Shown: piece by piece, positions 48,801-56,003 of the stretch
Layout of the letters: the number at the start of each line of letters is the position of its first letter
Position numbering within the stretch: position 1 is the first letter of the stretch
Assembly: GCA_021772465.1 (NCBI GenBank)
Contig: JAJFLX010000003.1
Coordinates: 279,551-343,550, forward strand
Direction: 5' to 3'
Origin: Chlamydiota bacterium
GTDB taxonomy: Bacteria > Chlamydiota > Chlamydiia > Chlamydiales > JAAKFR01
Length of the DNA: 64,000 nt
Position numbers and translations under genes: made by a program
The notes under the pieces: model-generated
Seen by the model: only the letters and a program-made list of their open reading frames with translations
Database searches by the model: none
What the model was told of the DNA's origin: nothing

Positions 48801-51385
48801 TTAACTGCTCGAATCTTTTTCAATAGATTATCTTGCTGCTGGCTTGTCACAATCTCCTGGTCGAGCACCTTTTGCTTCTCCTCCGGAGGGGGGCTTTGCT
48901 CTGGAACTTCGGGTCTAGGACCTTGAGCTCTTTCAGGTAAGAGTCTCCATACCATTAAGGCTCTAGTTGCTTTGTTATGATCTGAATCTTGCTTTGCCCA
49001 TTCACGATTCAATCTTTGGGTCGTCTGCTTAGCAACCTCATCTTTACGCAATTCAATGAAAGCCTCTCTTTTCGCCTGAAGCTTTTGAACTATTTCAGCA
49101 TTGTTTAAGTTTGCCTTCAAACGCTCATTAAATCGACGTTGCATCAAGGGCACTTTTTGCTGGAAGAGGCGGAGCTGGATGAGGGGAAGGACCGAATGGA
49201 ACTCAAGTATTTCATGGGGAGAAAGGGGGAAGCTGCCAGAATGAAGAGCTGCTTCAAAAAAACGCTCTCCAAGATCGCCCAATGCGCTACCCCATTTTTC
49301 AATTGCCTCGACATCAACTACACTCTCCCAAAAATCGTCGGTTGGAGGAGGCACAGCCTTCAAAAGGCTCGCTAGAAACATTTTTGCTGCTAGAGGATCC
49401 TTCTGCTCAACAATATACGTTTCAGCTACCTCAAGAAGCTCAGAGAGAGCTTCAAGCCTAAAGTCCGAGCTCAAGGCATCGATCTTTTCTTGATGCTGAG
49501 GGAGAACGCGGGACATGGGGGCATCATTCAAAGTCAACTGAGAGGCGAGAGCGCTTGCCTCAATAGAGTTGGTGAGTTCAGCTTTGAATCGGTTCGCGGA
49601 ACTCGACAGCCTCGCTAGATCTGCAGCCTCCTTCTTCTCACGGAGTTTATGTACGTCAAACTTTTGTTGTAATTGAGCTGAAAATAAGTCAAGAATCACC
49701 TTCGCGGCATCGATACCGAGCTCGTTTTTTAGTTCTTGATGCAGGTCCTGCGCGCTATCTTGAATCCGCTCTAAGACGCGTATCTGCTCGCTATTTGAAA
49801 GCTGAGACTCATAGCGATCATATGTTTCAACCAGATGATTGAGGTAGACTTGATAGAACCGATACCGCGCATACGCTCGATCTTCCACTTGATTTTCAGA
49901 AGTAATAAAGGCGCCATTCTCGACTCCTAGTTGCTTAATAACGCCGTAGAGGGTGGTGACTGGATCGCGAGTAGGCTCTCGCTTGACGATAGGATTACCG
50001 ACTTTTTCAGCCTCCCAACTACGAAAAAGAGCTTCAAGAGAGTGATCTTTTTGGCGTTGAGGACGATCTTGAGCCTCTTTTATGTCTTTAGGACGAGAGA
50101 AGGATTGGATTGCGAGAAGTTCTCGAATTCTCTTAGGCCCAAATTCTTTTAACTTAACAGTTGAGCAGGTATCAATCAGCCCCGATTCTTTTTCCTTGGT
50201 CGAAAAACAGACATCGGTGATTTCAAACGTCTCTTCATCGGTTTTTTTGATGACTAAAAAATGAGGGAGATACTCTTTCCCTTCACCTATAGCGAAAGGG
50301 AGCAAAACGGGAGCGAAACCCTCTACCGCCTTATTTAACTTAGAGACCGCTGATTTTATCCGCTTGAGATCACCCGACTCAAGAGCTTGCCGTGTGATGT
50401 GCGCTAAGTGACTTCCCTGCGATAAGATGCGTGAGAGTCGCTCTGCTGAATTGCCCGACTCGTACTTGTTTTCATTTGAACGCACATCCTTAGAGCGCAC
50501 TTTTTTCAGTAAAGGATGGCTTCGAGGCAAAATTATTTTGTCACCCAAAACAAATCGGTAGATGTGGTGTTTTGTATCCTTCGATATTTTTCTGGCAAAG
50601 GAAGCTAAAGTGGGGTCGTCCACATCGAGATAGAGCTCTATCTCCTCCTGAATTAAAATATGAACCTCATTTCCTATGATCTTGCAAGGTTGCAAAGAAA
50701 CTGGCTGGTTTTCCTTGTCGCCAGAGGGGGCATTCTTAATGAGCTCAGCTGATTTTGTATACCCTATCAAGCTCGACTCATTAGGGGTAAGGTCTTGAAA
50801 ATATGTTGCCATAAAGTCGATGTGATCCAAAACCATCTGGTGGTTGAATTCACCCACACAACTTGGCTGCAAGGGCGCCATAAGAGAAGCAAACTTCGAC
50901 GCATCCCCACCCTTTGTCATAAGCCGATACAAGGAACTAAAGGGCTTTTTAAGCAACGCGCCAAACGCATATAGAGCGCCCATCACCGACCCTCGGGTCG
51001 ATTTTTCCGCAAAATGGCGAATCGTCAGATCGTGAACTCTTGCTGCAGTCGCGACTGCACCCTTGGCGGGCAGGTCCACCTCTTTTTTTGTGACAGGTTG
51101 TTGCGAGTTCAAATCGTAATAACGATAAGAGACCGCGTTTCTGTCATATTCAGTGATTTCGACAACTAATTTTTGGTTAAGATCTCTCGAGGTTTTAACC
51201 GGATCCTGCGCATCTTTAAATATAGTCTCTAAACAGGTGTTCCGCTCTCTCTCATTCCACTTAAAACTTCTTCGGGCAAAAAAAACGACCCCTTGCGCCC
51301 TCGGCCCTACCGGAATATATTCAAAAGCTTCGCCCGATCCCACTAAATCAGTGAGCTCTTTACCCGATTTATTAACCTTATTCAC
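39749..51385 (-). CDS. giant hypothetical protein (3,878 aa) with an internal P-loop/SF2-like NTPase core (DUF3638/DUF3645-like)
   Basis: Single uninterrupted 11,637-nt ORF; ORFs in the other frames are <=101 aa. Walker A-like RLIMGAGKSDFIFP (MGAGKS = nt 43370-43387, aa 2667-2672). LIDED (nt 42920-42934, aa 2818-2822). Arginine-rich QMLGRMRQLG (nt 41510-41539, aa 3283-3292). QQ(EQ)5E linker at aa 3536-3548. No TM or signal peptide seen. GTG start without Shine-Dalgarno (start uncertain). Confidence 0.8.
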   Translation of the reverse strand: MNKVNKSGKELTDLVGSGEAFEYIPVGPRAQGVVFFARRSFKWNERERNTCLETIFKDAQDPVKTSRDLNQKLVVEITEYDRNAVSYRYYDLNSQQPVTKKEVDLPAKGAVATAARVHDLTIRHFAEKSTRGSVMGALYAFGALLKKPFSSLYRLMTKGGDASKFASLMAPLQPSCVGEFNHQMVLDHIDFMATYFQDLTPNESSLIGYTKSAELIKNAPSGDKENQPVSLQPCKIIGNEVHILIQEEIELYLDVDDPTLASFARKISKDTKHHIYRFVLGDKIILPRSHPLLKKVRSKDVRSNENKYESGNSAERLSRILSQGSHLAHITRQALESGDLKRIKSAVSKLNKAVEGFAPVLLPFAIGEGKEYLPHFLVIKKTDEETFEITDVCFSTKEKESGLIDTCSTVKLKEFGPKRIRELLAIQSFSRPKDIKEAQDRPQRQKDHSLEALFRSWEAEKVGNPIVKREPTRDPVTTLYGVIKQLGVENGAFITSENQVEDRAYARYRFYQVYLNHLVETYDRYESQLSNSEQIRVLERIQDSAQDLHQELKNELGIDAAKVILDLFSAQLQQKFDVHKLREKKEAADLARLSSSANRFKAELTNSIEASALASQLTLNDAPMSRVLPQHQEKIDALSSDFRLEALSELLEVAETYIVEQKDPLAAKMFLASLLKAVPPPTDDFWESVVDVEAIEKWGSALGDLGERFFEAALHSGSFPLSPHEILEFHSVLPLIQLRLFQQKVPLMQRRFNERLKANLNNAEIVQKLQAKREAFIELRKDEVAKQTTQRLNREWAKQDSDHNKATRALMVWRLLPERAQGPRPEVPEQSPPPEEKQKVLDQEIVTSQQQDNLLKKIRAVNFNPDNFLGTINYQSDLGGRSRSNRRFVAMVGRFFKILEIPKSEISYIDPKILNTFIWTYTCKQNHWLLSGDRSLPYGNDPQSQARYQSCIVAYNEFREHLSRGVAFNHFISENKHSFLIGYDQLGDGTQFPEPTFPERVKLSALNEATPSTRLANNVLFHQRGVFNLKDAYEYLGPKEIGLLRRQLAMRDALEDPTGMMHRFAGWDRKGKVAQFVLVNNDPPKLKELQKRFGELDRLYLTPWCLDNRESHCCYTLTDKKNELGPFRIYTQKIGTPPTIDHRPYDIGNMPLVIAKDALKNDEERQFATRVGEKPEFPALSPAEEYCLRQTSVANREGGDKIFEFVPELDVTSISSLWEYLYECPTALKIEHVRDTFYQRFFSPGLLRKQLLTHPHLFIDNKAALEEIIDRLTRRQERATLLFLMDISERIRSMANQLRSTIIGEVTTSILKICPASRDVIEKWIREKLEEDSPLRREMERGETTTLYKEFAHELAQKISDEDNVLALSYRLTRSGDLSRLLIYVCAPAISDALYKYNASDFLSDFRDNEEKRDQKIFATHLLSHFNRYPPKDGANLAEWRAIISALYILQKSPFPIGHSGLQEENIAFTKRDLLPRLRGELETDEEFRNELLKRLSGSEGKWKEQPHNPYCYTLQGPDEIVLDLVSGMGCTTQIESGGLKEFPERFKSDPNFTFLFGKPARMWVKEQVRDNNVVEYLWTDPCGVSITFRTSGNKLDVIQKRGDAEYRFQVVTLKRRKADILLTPLFSTHRNTFVEQQITEKGIWVPIDSKGKLDSSRALVARRGRDLENDPIELHLNSKSIRKATLGVGSEQKTVCAQMKKKGVHLFQCCSNQELLMLSSDGTHVDEVRFPEDPSSKKRLILKHTTDEGWHVAGNANWKLALSGTKQIEAQFGANWRENTLALRNSETGALRLWVFPYFATNVAQKGKPLHYIKTIQDLLDLGGDALHDFSSILPLLESVDNNMLAGMTKSIALIKQLAAIGKIFVGTEEIATKLMEGSDENVQFFGTLINHIAKPTPTLVDIDASGEQSTHRGFLYLSYLAATRQEWGAANRYLTQFVEKGHSEAIDFKELKEMIRGIGIQQFLAKALNFISDPTSLTPLETAYWTKFLVSIFSLEHHFESQHGELPYNEKEKSILIFVFSTLFSQHQKQRGHFRNQLHEHSLILTDDEMTRISIRIPENQRISSLLGLYTSFNLTGGQNVISQIREKLQKLKTPPKPFELQSKFSKDQLHELILALPKRYYPAPVKEHHQRFGHYPKIETVVGNFWSYWEWIIEEELSSEDLAFLRRPLPEGTESLVDTARHLLLLIHKFKEEQGPKWQTRVRDIALLVKNVKISGNRLPPFGELHTKQKKLWDEQLRNPSILGINKQGFYKLYAVYKLYISHYTSYDEIGGRRVPRGLMTDFLAQSDSLLIPYLQDFLNEILPDTLDAATEGTNPAVEGIEEWFGNLQGLLKQMLTPEPAQERAGPAEERCAVPLPSEVPLQRKNDVPYPEIHLEKRDILNINTYFINQQTGKWTVREEQAKNYFDSTIVTNPRKAARFQEICSGIELAKDKLVKKTESTLDSSKLRTLYQDLATRIEALKKEQHRMKVELLEATQYHAKELGLLDLFADGERVGEDQILNAVFDLYQDWSILGLEDNRSEQPYAAMITNFILCTTQLQQYEKAKAQCWKLQRIMHEVHKETKGSGKGKADRIEEFLKSGKSRDWDLASFELQRYLSEGGNWKRYADEKNQCLKNQLFTRRYLVTEVRRGWISRDFANDALERMLADLKDETKEPDRFVRLIMGAGKSDFIFPKAVELLLQRGKQPVMVTNEELVTQLHESLGKRSYLFGFDINFGLKKEDPTNKEIEEHLERILRTLNKLKSEKRAVLTAPKDLAGLRNKRIELQDILCCELEGRHFNQLDPSAQGRLKVYYVQLQMLRKIESFFKTENVSYLIDEDTNFDINFEYNFATGEHRTVDSTRFTMAEKMVRHICEKHKALYEKMVGNDLRSVENLEQELQTVAKTLVEDDFWWTVVGWKKDEWEQINKAELVEYLTGHRTSLPKGLPPYPNGAGEVELQKFHYLIALRISLTLALPSVAGINPKLDRGICRRDGVTVVPYMDGIEKKNVLYGNEPENIFHHILHYLGASNALNQELFAKNYDDLPGDEHCSPQLSEMTWSEWKAEIMDCFKSNRRFPDKPTSGKYETLYEAFIGDEGLSLHRLVYLRHLMLYTNYIKVYAEQIVFNTQDCVIGPRFAKGGDARIASGTGDLFSLNLARPGEKRPDDVLGELLLLMDVEDKCETSFTDPLAFMLEKARSGTQALMNYDYEVLGNDCERLAAYLQANGVERQIIYRTRHHEKKMMSRGGEVMDYEASAIEKGALFLYGPSDTRGVHFHVPVGEEIEGCALFGVGNKIDDVAQMLGRMRQLGLGQKVKIAFDKKTESQIRRCLKLEPTKDLLIVHALKYCIINTLDAEQLYHTKAMLKQIRTPLDLELDRITRVYVPLPNDKNDIAPYVEFEGKVLFPAIRDLHIISNEIQWLQDYAPPTYVDTLAFLEAQYNKQLEMIVKLTAQLEKNMAEFNSRYNPPQDANTGSGFWGLIKNLAQKAVGNYPLIKTKYAGLLSALTAAKKVVEAEKAKLAEEAHRDFFKNHLAEKIPLHQNEGAHSEQQVQLQQEQEQEQEQEQEVESSIQPTSYFRETGLVDYRAFIAESVTMGRFERERYRYRSMVSDHYQCVSDIIGPTSRKILTDLYISERAHELRRSVTGVPAFRILVAKSPENPPTVLIVTPDEYSESLRSFLATERGKDGSNTNYQLGLYSLTNEHEILCVDRGNATPDSKSEGFIEKSILVKLLIDMPRFSTVEEDYLWNTLVPKWKREGTYERFYQDLDTGFKTKQSAALLGRINDGDPKLLLKLARKKLELLHKHCKQNPLKFSAAEKKKLAEWLKGLGSAQYKKLLNEIRPESHDFLTDLRTSAKEKRGEARRDKGKGPMREDGDTPRGAGVGAPSPDGVYGRL

Positions 51386-51474
51386 GTAATGCCTATAGAT
51401 AATGAAATTTCAAATATAATAACCTAAAAAGATTAAGATTACATAAATTTTTAACGGGAAGAGAGGCTGATTTG

Positions 51475-52053
51475 TTAGGTGCACCTAATCTCTACAATTT
51501 CGAGAGTTTTGATCGGAACATCTTGATGCCCTTTTTTCGTGCTCGTCTCTACGGCTTTAATGGCTTCTACAACATCCATTCCCGAGGTGACCTCCCCAAA
51601 AACGCAGTAGCCATACCCGCTTGGGGTGGCAGAGCGATAATCAAGAAAAGTATTGTCGGCGACATTGATAAAAAACTGCGCCGTCGCTGAATGAATATCT
51701 GAGGTTCGGGCCATAGCTAGAGTCCCTCTCTTATTCGAAAGTTTATTTGAAGCTTCATTTTCGATGGGCGACCGTGTGGGCTTCTCTCTCATTTCAGCGT
51801 CCATGCCACCCCCTTGAATCATGAAACCATCAATCACTCGATGAAAAATAGTTTTATCGTAGTGTTTAGTATCGACATACTCAAGGAAGTTTGCCACAGT
51901 TTTAGGAGCTTTATCCGCGTAGAGTTTGACGTGGATATCCCCCATTGTGGTCTTGATGGTGACTTCAGGTTCATTCATAGGTTTTTCCTTTGGATTTGGG
52001 TTTTGACAGGCGAAAAGTAAGGGGATGCATACAACTAACAACCACGACCTCAT
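51475..52053 (-). CDS. cyclophilin-type peptidyl-prolyl cis-trans isomerase, lipoprotein
   Basis: 192 aa with lipobox LLFAC. Cyclophilin blocks [14 protein letters not shown] and GYCVFGEV. Confidence 0.9.
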   Translation of the reverse strand: MRSWLLVVCIPLLFACQNPNPKEKPMNEPEVTIKTTMGDIHVKLYADKAPKTVANFLEYVDTKHYDKTIFHRVIDGFMIQGGGMDAEMREKPTRSPIENEASNKLSNKRGTLAMARTSDIHSATAQFFINVADNTFLDYRSATPSGYGYCVFGEVTSGMDVVEAIKAVETSTKKGHQDVPIKTLEIVEIRCT

Positions 52054-52143
52054 TGACCTCTCCTTTGAAAAAATTCTCGGATGAGATGTTACCTAAAAAA
52101 GGGTTTTTGGCAAAGCTCGTTTCCTGGTATAAGCAAGGTAGGT

Positions 52144-52893
52144 ATGGATTTAGCGCATATTTTAGAAGAACTCGCTTACGATATGGGAGGAGACCTTCCA
52201 AGAGAAGCTATCGAGGCTGCAATTGCCAAGCGGAATGCTATTACACCGCATTTGCTCGCTATTTTGAGCGATGCGACCCAGCGCATTGACGAGGTGATTG
52301 AAGACGACAACTACCAAGGACACATCTACGCGATGTATCTATTAGCGCAGTTCCGAGAGAAAGAGGCCTACCCCCTTTTAATTGAGCTGTTCTCTTTTCC
52401 TTGCGAGATTCCTCACGCGATAGCCGGGGATGTGCTCACTGAGGATTTGAGTCGCATATTGGCTAGTACATGCGACGGAGAGACTCGCCTCTTAAAGCAA
52501 CTAGTTGAAAACCCCTCAGCGAATGAATACGTTCGAGCCGCTTGCCAAGAGGCGTTGGTACTGCTTGTTGGATGTGGTTTTTTGAAAAGAGAGGCGGTTA
52601 TCGCCTATTTCCATGAGCTTCTCACATCGAAACTCGAAAAAGTCCCCTCATTTGCTTGGGACTACCTCATTGCTTGTTGCTGCATTCTCTATCCCGATGA
52701 GCTCCACCGTCCTATACTTCAAGCTTTTGAAGATGAACTTATTAACGAGAATTTTATTTCTCTTCAAGATGTAGCTGCAACCCTTACTCTTGATAAAACC
52801 ACTCACCTCTACCAGCTCTACCACGACGCGGAATTAATAGACGATACCATCGTTGAGATGGAAAAATGGGTGGGCGACTACTCGGTCCAATGA
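52144..52893 (+). CDS. DUF1186-like hypothetical protein
   Basis: The ORF track starts at 52081. ATG 52144 is preceded by AAGGTAGG and gives MDLAHILEEL.... The helical repeat-like sequence (LPREAIEAAIAKRNAITPHLL; YAMYLLAQFREKEAYPLL) matches my recollection of DUF1186. Confidence 0.55.
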   Translation: MDLAHILEELAYDMGGDLPREAIEAAIAKRNAITPHLLAILSDATQRIDEVIEDDNYQGHIYAMYLLAQFREKEAYPLLIELFSFPCEIPHAIAGDVLTEDLSRILASTCDGETRLLKQLVENPSANEYVRAACQEALVLLVGCGFLKREAVIAYFHELLTSKLEKVPSFAWDYLIACCCILYPDELHRPILQAFEDELINENFISLQDVAATLTLDKTTHLYQLYHDAELIDDTIVEMEKWVGDYSVQ

Positions 52894-53312
52894 AACTCCA
52901 TGGGCACCGCAACATCGGGATGCAGACTTGCATGTACAGGGCAGGTTTTTGCTATCAGCTCTATTTGTGACCTCTGCTTCGATGAAAAAGAGCCTCGAAT
53001 GTTAATCTCACACTCTAGTTTAGCAAGGCGCCGTTTGCCACGACTTGTCATCGTTTTTTCGACTTCAACTTCCATCCCATGAAGTTTCCACCCACAACTC
53101 TCTACATACATCGCGATCACAGTAGCTATGCAACTTCCCAAAGAGGCTGCTAAAAGATCTGTTGGAGAAAAAGTGCGCCCTTTCCCTTTAAGGTCCACAG
53201 GTGCATCTGTTTCGATCACTCGCCTAGAAGGAAGATGCGTGATCGTGGTTTGGAAATTGCTGTCATAAGTGAGTTCGATTTTGACCATAAAGCTCCTTTG
53301 AGCTATGTTCAC
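52878..53312 (-). CDS. OsmC/Ohr-family peroxiredoxin-like protein
   Basis: 144 aa with two conserved Cys contexts (LAASLGSCIATV; AKTCPVHASL) typical of the OsmC family. Confidence 0.8.
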   Translation of the reverse strand: MNIAQRSFMVKIELTYDSNFQTTITHLPSRRVIETDAPVDLKGKGRTFSPTDLLAASLGSCIATVIAMYVESCGWKLHGMEVEVEKTMTSRGKRRLAKLECEINIRGSFSSKQRSQIELIAKTCPVHASLHPDVAVPMEFHWTE

Positions 53313-54726
53313 GCCTACTATGAATAGAAGGCAATGGATTTATTTTTGCATTGTATCCCTCATAGGATGCGTGATTTGGTTTCTTCCACAACCAGAATCT
53401 GTTGATCCTCGCGGGTGGCACTTGCTCGCGATTTTTATCGCGACCATCATCGGGATTATCTTAAAGCCTCTTCCTATAGGAGCCCTTGTAATTTTATCGA
53501 TGACAGTGGCCACTGTCACTCAAACGTTGACACTCACAGAAACGCTTGCCGGATTTCACAATTCGATAGCTTGGCTTGTCGTCTTTGCTTTCTTCATTTC
53601 ACGTGGATTCATCAAGACGGGTCTTGGCAGTCGCATCGCCTACTATTTTGTCTCTCTGATGGGCAAACGCACGCTAGGTCTGAGCTACGGTCTGCTCTTA
53701 AGTGAGACTATTTTGGCTCCAGCGATCCCAAGTGTCACTGCCAGAAGTGGAGGTGTGATCTTCCCTATCGCCCAGGGTTTGGCGAAATCCTTTGGCAGTG
53801 AACCTCACCTCGGGACAGAGAGACGGATCGGCTCTTTTCTTATGATGGTAGCCTATCAAGGCTCTACCATTACCAGCGCAATGTTTCTAACGGCTATGGC
53901 TGCCAACCCTTTCTTGGCGGGACTGGCAGCAGATGCTGGCTATTCGCTCACGTGGGGCACTTGGGCTTTAGCTGGCTTAGTCCCTGGACTCATCAGTTTG
54001 GCTGTCATGCCTTGCGTCGTTTACAAGCTTTATGCCCCAGCGATCAAAGAGACGCCTCATGCCGCTGAGATAGCTCGGCACAAACTCGATGAGATGGGCA
54101 AATTTGAACTCAAAGAGTGGTTGATGTTTGGGGTTTTTCTCCTCCTTCTGATTCTTTGGATTTTTGGAGCATTTTTCAATCTCAGCGCCACGGTTGCGGC
54201 TATGGTGGGACTCTCGTTGATTTTGATTTTGGGAGTTCTCAACTGGAATGATGTGGTCAACGAGCATGCAGCTTGGGACACCTTTATTTGGTTTTCAACT
54301 TTGATTATGATGGCGACACAACTCAACACCTTAGGATTCACCCCCTGGGTGAGCGAGCAGGTCGTTCATGTCGTCGGCGGAATGAGTTGGCTCCCCGCAT
54401 TTATTATCCTCGCACTTGTTTATTTCTATTCTCACTACTTCTTTGCGAGCAATACTGCGCATGTAGGGGCGATGTTTCCCGCCTTTTTCCTCGTAGCGAT
54501 AGGAGTCGGAACTCCCCCGCAAATCGCCTTATTGGTGTTTGCATTTTCAAGTTCTCTTATGGGGGGGCTTACCCAGTACGGAAGTGGTCCAGCGCCCATC
54601 TATTTTGGATCGGGCTATATCGATGTCAAGGATTGGTGGCGTATGGGATTTCTTCTCAGTGTCGTAAATATCGTTATCTGGATGGGGATAGGTCCCCTCT
54701 GGTGGCGCCTGGTAGGAATTATCTAA
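53305..54726 (+). CDS. DASS-family anion/dicarboxylate transporter (2-oxoglutarate/malate translocator-like, YbhI-like)
   Basis: 473 aa with more than 10 TM. Hairpin motifs SVTARSGGVIFPIAQG and GGLTQYGSGPAPIYFGSGY are typical of DASS/SLC13 transporters. My recollection is that ybhI follows the opp block in C. trachomatis. Confidence 0.85.
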   Translation: MFTPTMNRRQWIYFCIVSLIGCVIWFLPQPESVDPRGWHLLAIFIATIIGIILKPLPIGALVILSMTVATVTQTLTLTETLAGFHNSIAWLVVFAFFISRGFIKTGLGSRIAYYFVSLMGKRTLGLSYGLLLSETILAPAIPSVTARSGGVIFPIAQGLAKSFGSEPHLGTERRIGSFLMMVAYQGSTITSAMFLTAMAANPFLAGLAADAGYSLTWGTWALAGLVPGLISLAVMPCVVYKLYAPAIKETPHAAEIARHKLDEMGKFELKEWLMFGVFLLLLILWIFGAFFNLSATVAAMVGLSLILILGVLNWNDVVNEHAAWDTFIWFSTLIMMATQLNTLGFTPWVSEQVVHVVGGMSWLPAFIILALVYFYSHYFFASNTAHVGAMFPAFFLVAIGVGTPPQIALLVFAFSSSLMGGLTQYGSGPAPIYFGSGYIDVKDWWRMGFLLSVVNIVIWMGIGPLWWRLVGII

Positions 54727-55421
54727 GCTAAGTCAAAAAGAAGAAGCTCACCAGGCTCCAAGCAGTGCACATCCAAAACACTCTCTTCCTCTGCAATAAG
54801 AGCGTCCCCTCTCTCAACTGGCGTGCCTTGTATTGAGAACTTTCCGCTCAAAATTTGGAACCAGAAATAGCGGTCTAAAAGAGCCTCATAGCGTAGTGCA
54901 TCTCCTTTTTCTAGCAACGTAGCGTAAAGCTCAACATCTTGATGGACTCGCAATGATCCATCACGTCCGTTGCGCGATGCCATGAGGCACCATCTTCCCC
55001 ACTTCGCTGCTCCCGAAAAAGTTTTTTGCTGGTAGCTCGGCTCTAGATTGTGTTGGTCTGGCTGGAGCCAAATCTGCAAGAAGTGGACGGGAAGATCGGG
55101 CGAGAGGTTATGTTCACTATGGGCAACACCTGTGCCAGCACTCATACACAAGACATCGCCTGGCATAACAAGACCAGAGCCTCCCAGCGTGTCTTGGTGT
55201 TCAAGAGACCCCTCAAGAACGAGGGTTAAAATCTCAACTTCCTTGTGGGTGTGTAAGCTAAACCCTTTGCCCCCTTTGACTATATCTTCGTTGATCACCC
55301 GCAATGCGCGGTAATCGAGATAATCGGGATCGTAGTAGTCATCGAAAGAGAAGGCGTGATAAGTCTGGAGCCACCCCTTATCATCGTATCCTCTCTCACC
55401 GCTTTTTCGCACTCGGATCAT
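54723..55421 (-). CDS. pirin-family (cupin) protein
   Basis: 232 aa with a cupin metal site (FSLHTHKEVEILTLVLEGSLEHQD) and GTGVAHSE. Confidence 0.85.
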   Translation of the reverse strand: MIRVRKSGERGYDDKGWLQTYHAFSFDDYYDPDYLDYRALRVINEDIVKGGKGFSLHTHKEVEILTLVLEGSLEHQDTLGGSGLVMPGDVLCMSAGTGVAHSEHNLSPDLPVHFLQIWLQPDQHNLEPSYQQKTFSGAAKWGRWCLMASRNGRDGSLRVHQDVELYATLLEKGDALRYEALLDRYFWFQILSGKFSIQGTPVERGDALIAEEESVLDVHCLEPGELLLFDLA

Positions 55422-55927
55422 AAGACGTGGGCGCTGAGCTCTGCGAGAATGTGCTCATAATCGGGTTCATCAGTTACCTCTTGAACGAGGTAGCTGTGGC
55501 GCAACGTGAAGCTACTATCGATAATAAATAAAGCGCGAGCGAGGAGCCCGAGATCGGGAATCAACACCCCATACTTCTCGCCAAGCTCTCGCTTCAAGTA
55601 ATCAGAGAGGGTAATGACAAACTCCCCTTCCTCAGCTCCACACCACCTTTTTTGCGCAAAAGGAAGATCCATGCTCACAAGAAGTGGCGTAATTTGCCTG
55701 CCAAAGCGGCCCAGCTCTTGGTTAAAGCGGTGCGCCTGTTTGCTGCAAACAGGGGTGTCAAGAGAAGGAACCGTCATCAAAAGGATCGTTTTTCCCTTAA
55801 AAGAAGAGAGCTGTGTGCGCTCGAGAGTCTCATTCATCAACTCGCAGTCAGGAGCCGTTTCACCCTCGGTGGGAAGAGAGCCTGCCAAAGAAAAATGCTT
55901 CCCCTTCATCATCACATGATTTGCCAT
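55418..55927 (-). CDS. tpx: thiol peroxidase (Tpx)
   Basis: PSLDTPVCSKQ peroxidatic-Cys motif. The ORF track starts at 55972, but ATG 55927 has AGGAGG 5 nt upstream. Confidence 0.88.
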   Translation of the reverse strand: MANHVMMKGKHFSLAGSLPTEGETAPDCELMNETLERTQLSSFKGKTILLMTVPSLDTPVCSKQAHRFNQELGRFGRQITPLLVSMDLPFAQKRWCGAEEGEFVITLSDYLKRELGEKYGVLIPDLGLLARALFIIDSSFTLRHSYLVQEVTDEPDYEHILAELSAHVL

Positions 55928-56003
55928 ACCAACCTCCTTCTTGATTATTACAAATTCTTTGGATAAGATCACCCTTTTTAGAACTTAACCTCTAAAGGTC
56001 GAT

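Noticed and set aside
50615-50632. YLDVDD (aa 252-257 of the giant protein), which matches the YLDVD 'DXD' glycosyltransferase motif of large clostridial toxins (TcdB D286/D288) at a similar distance from the N-terminus. Chlamydial LifA/TcdB-like cytotoxins are of similar size.
   Set aside because: None of the surrounding GT-A hallmarks I remember are present (the GG before YLDVD, the upstream WIGG block, the downstream cysteine-protease CHD triad). A 5-residue match in 3,878 aa is not evidence. It could be tested with HHpred against TcdB/LifA GT domains.
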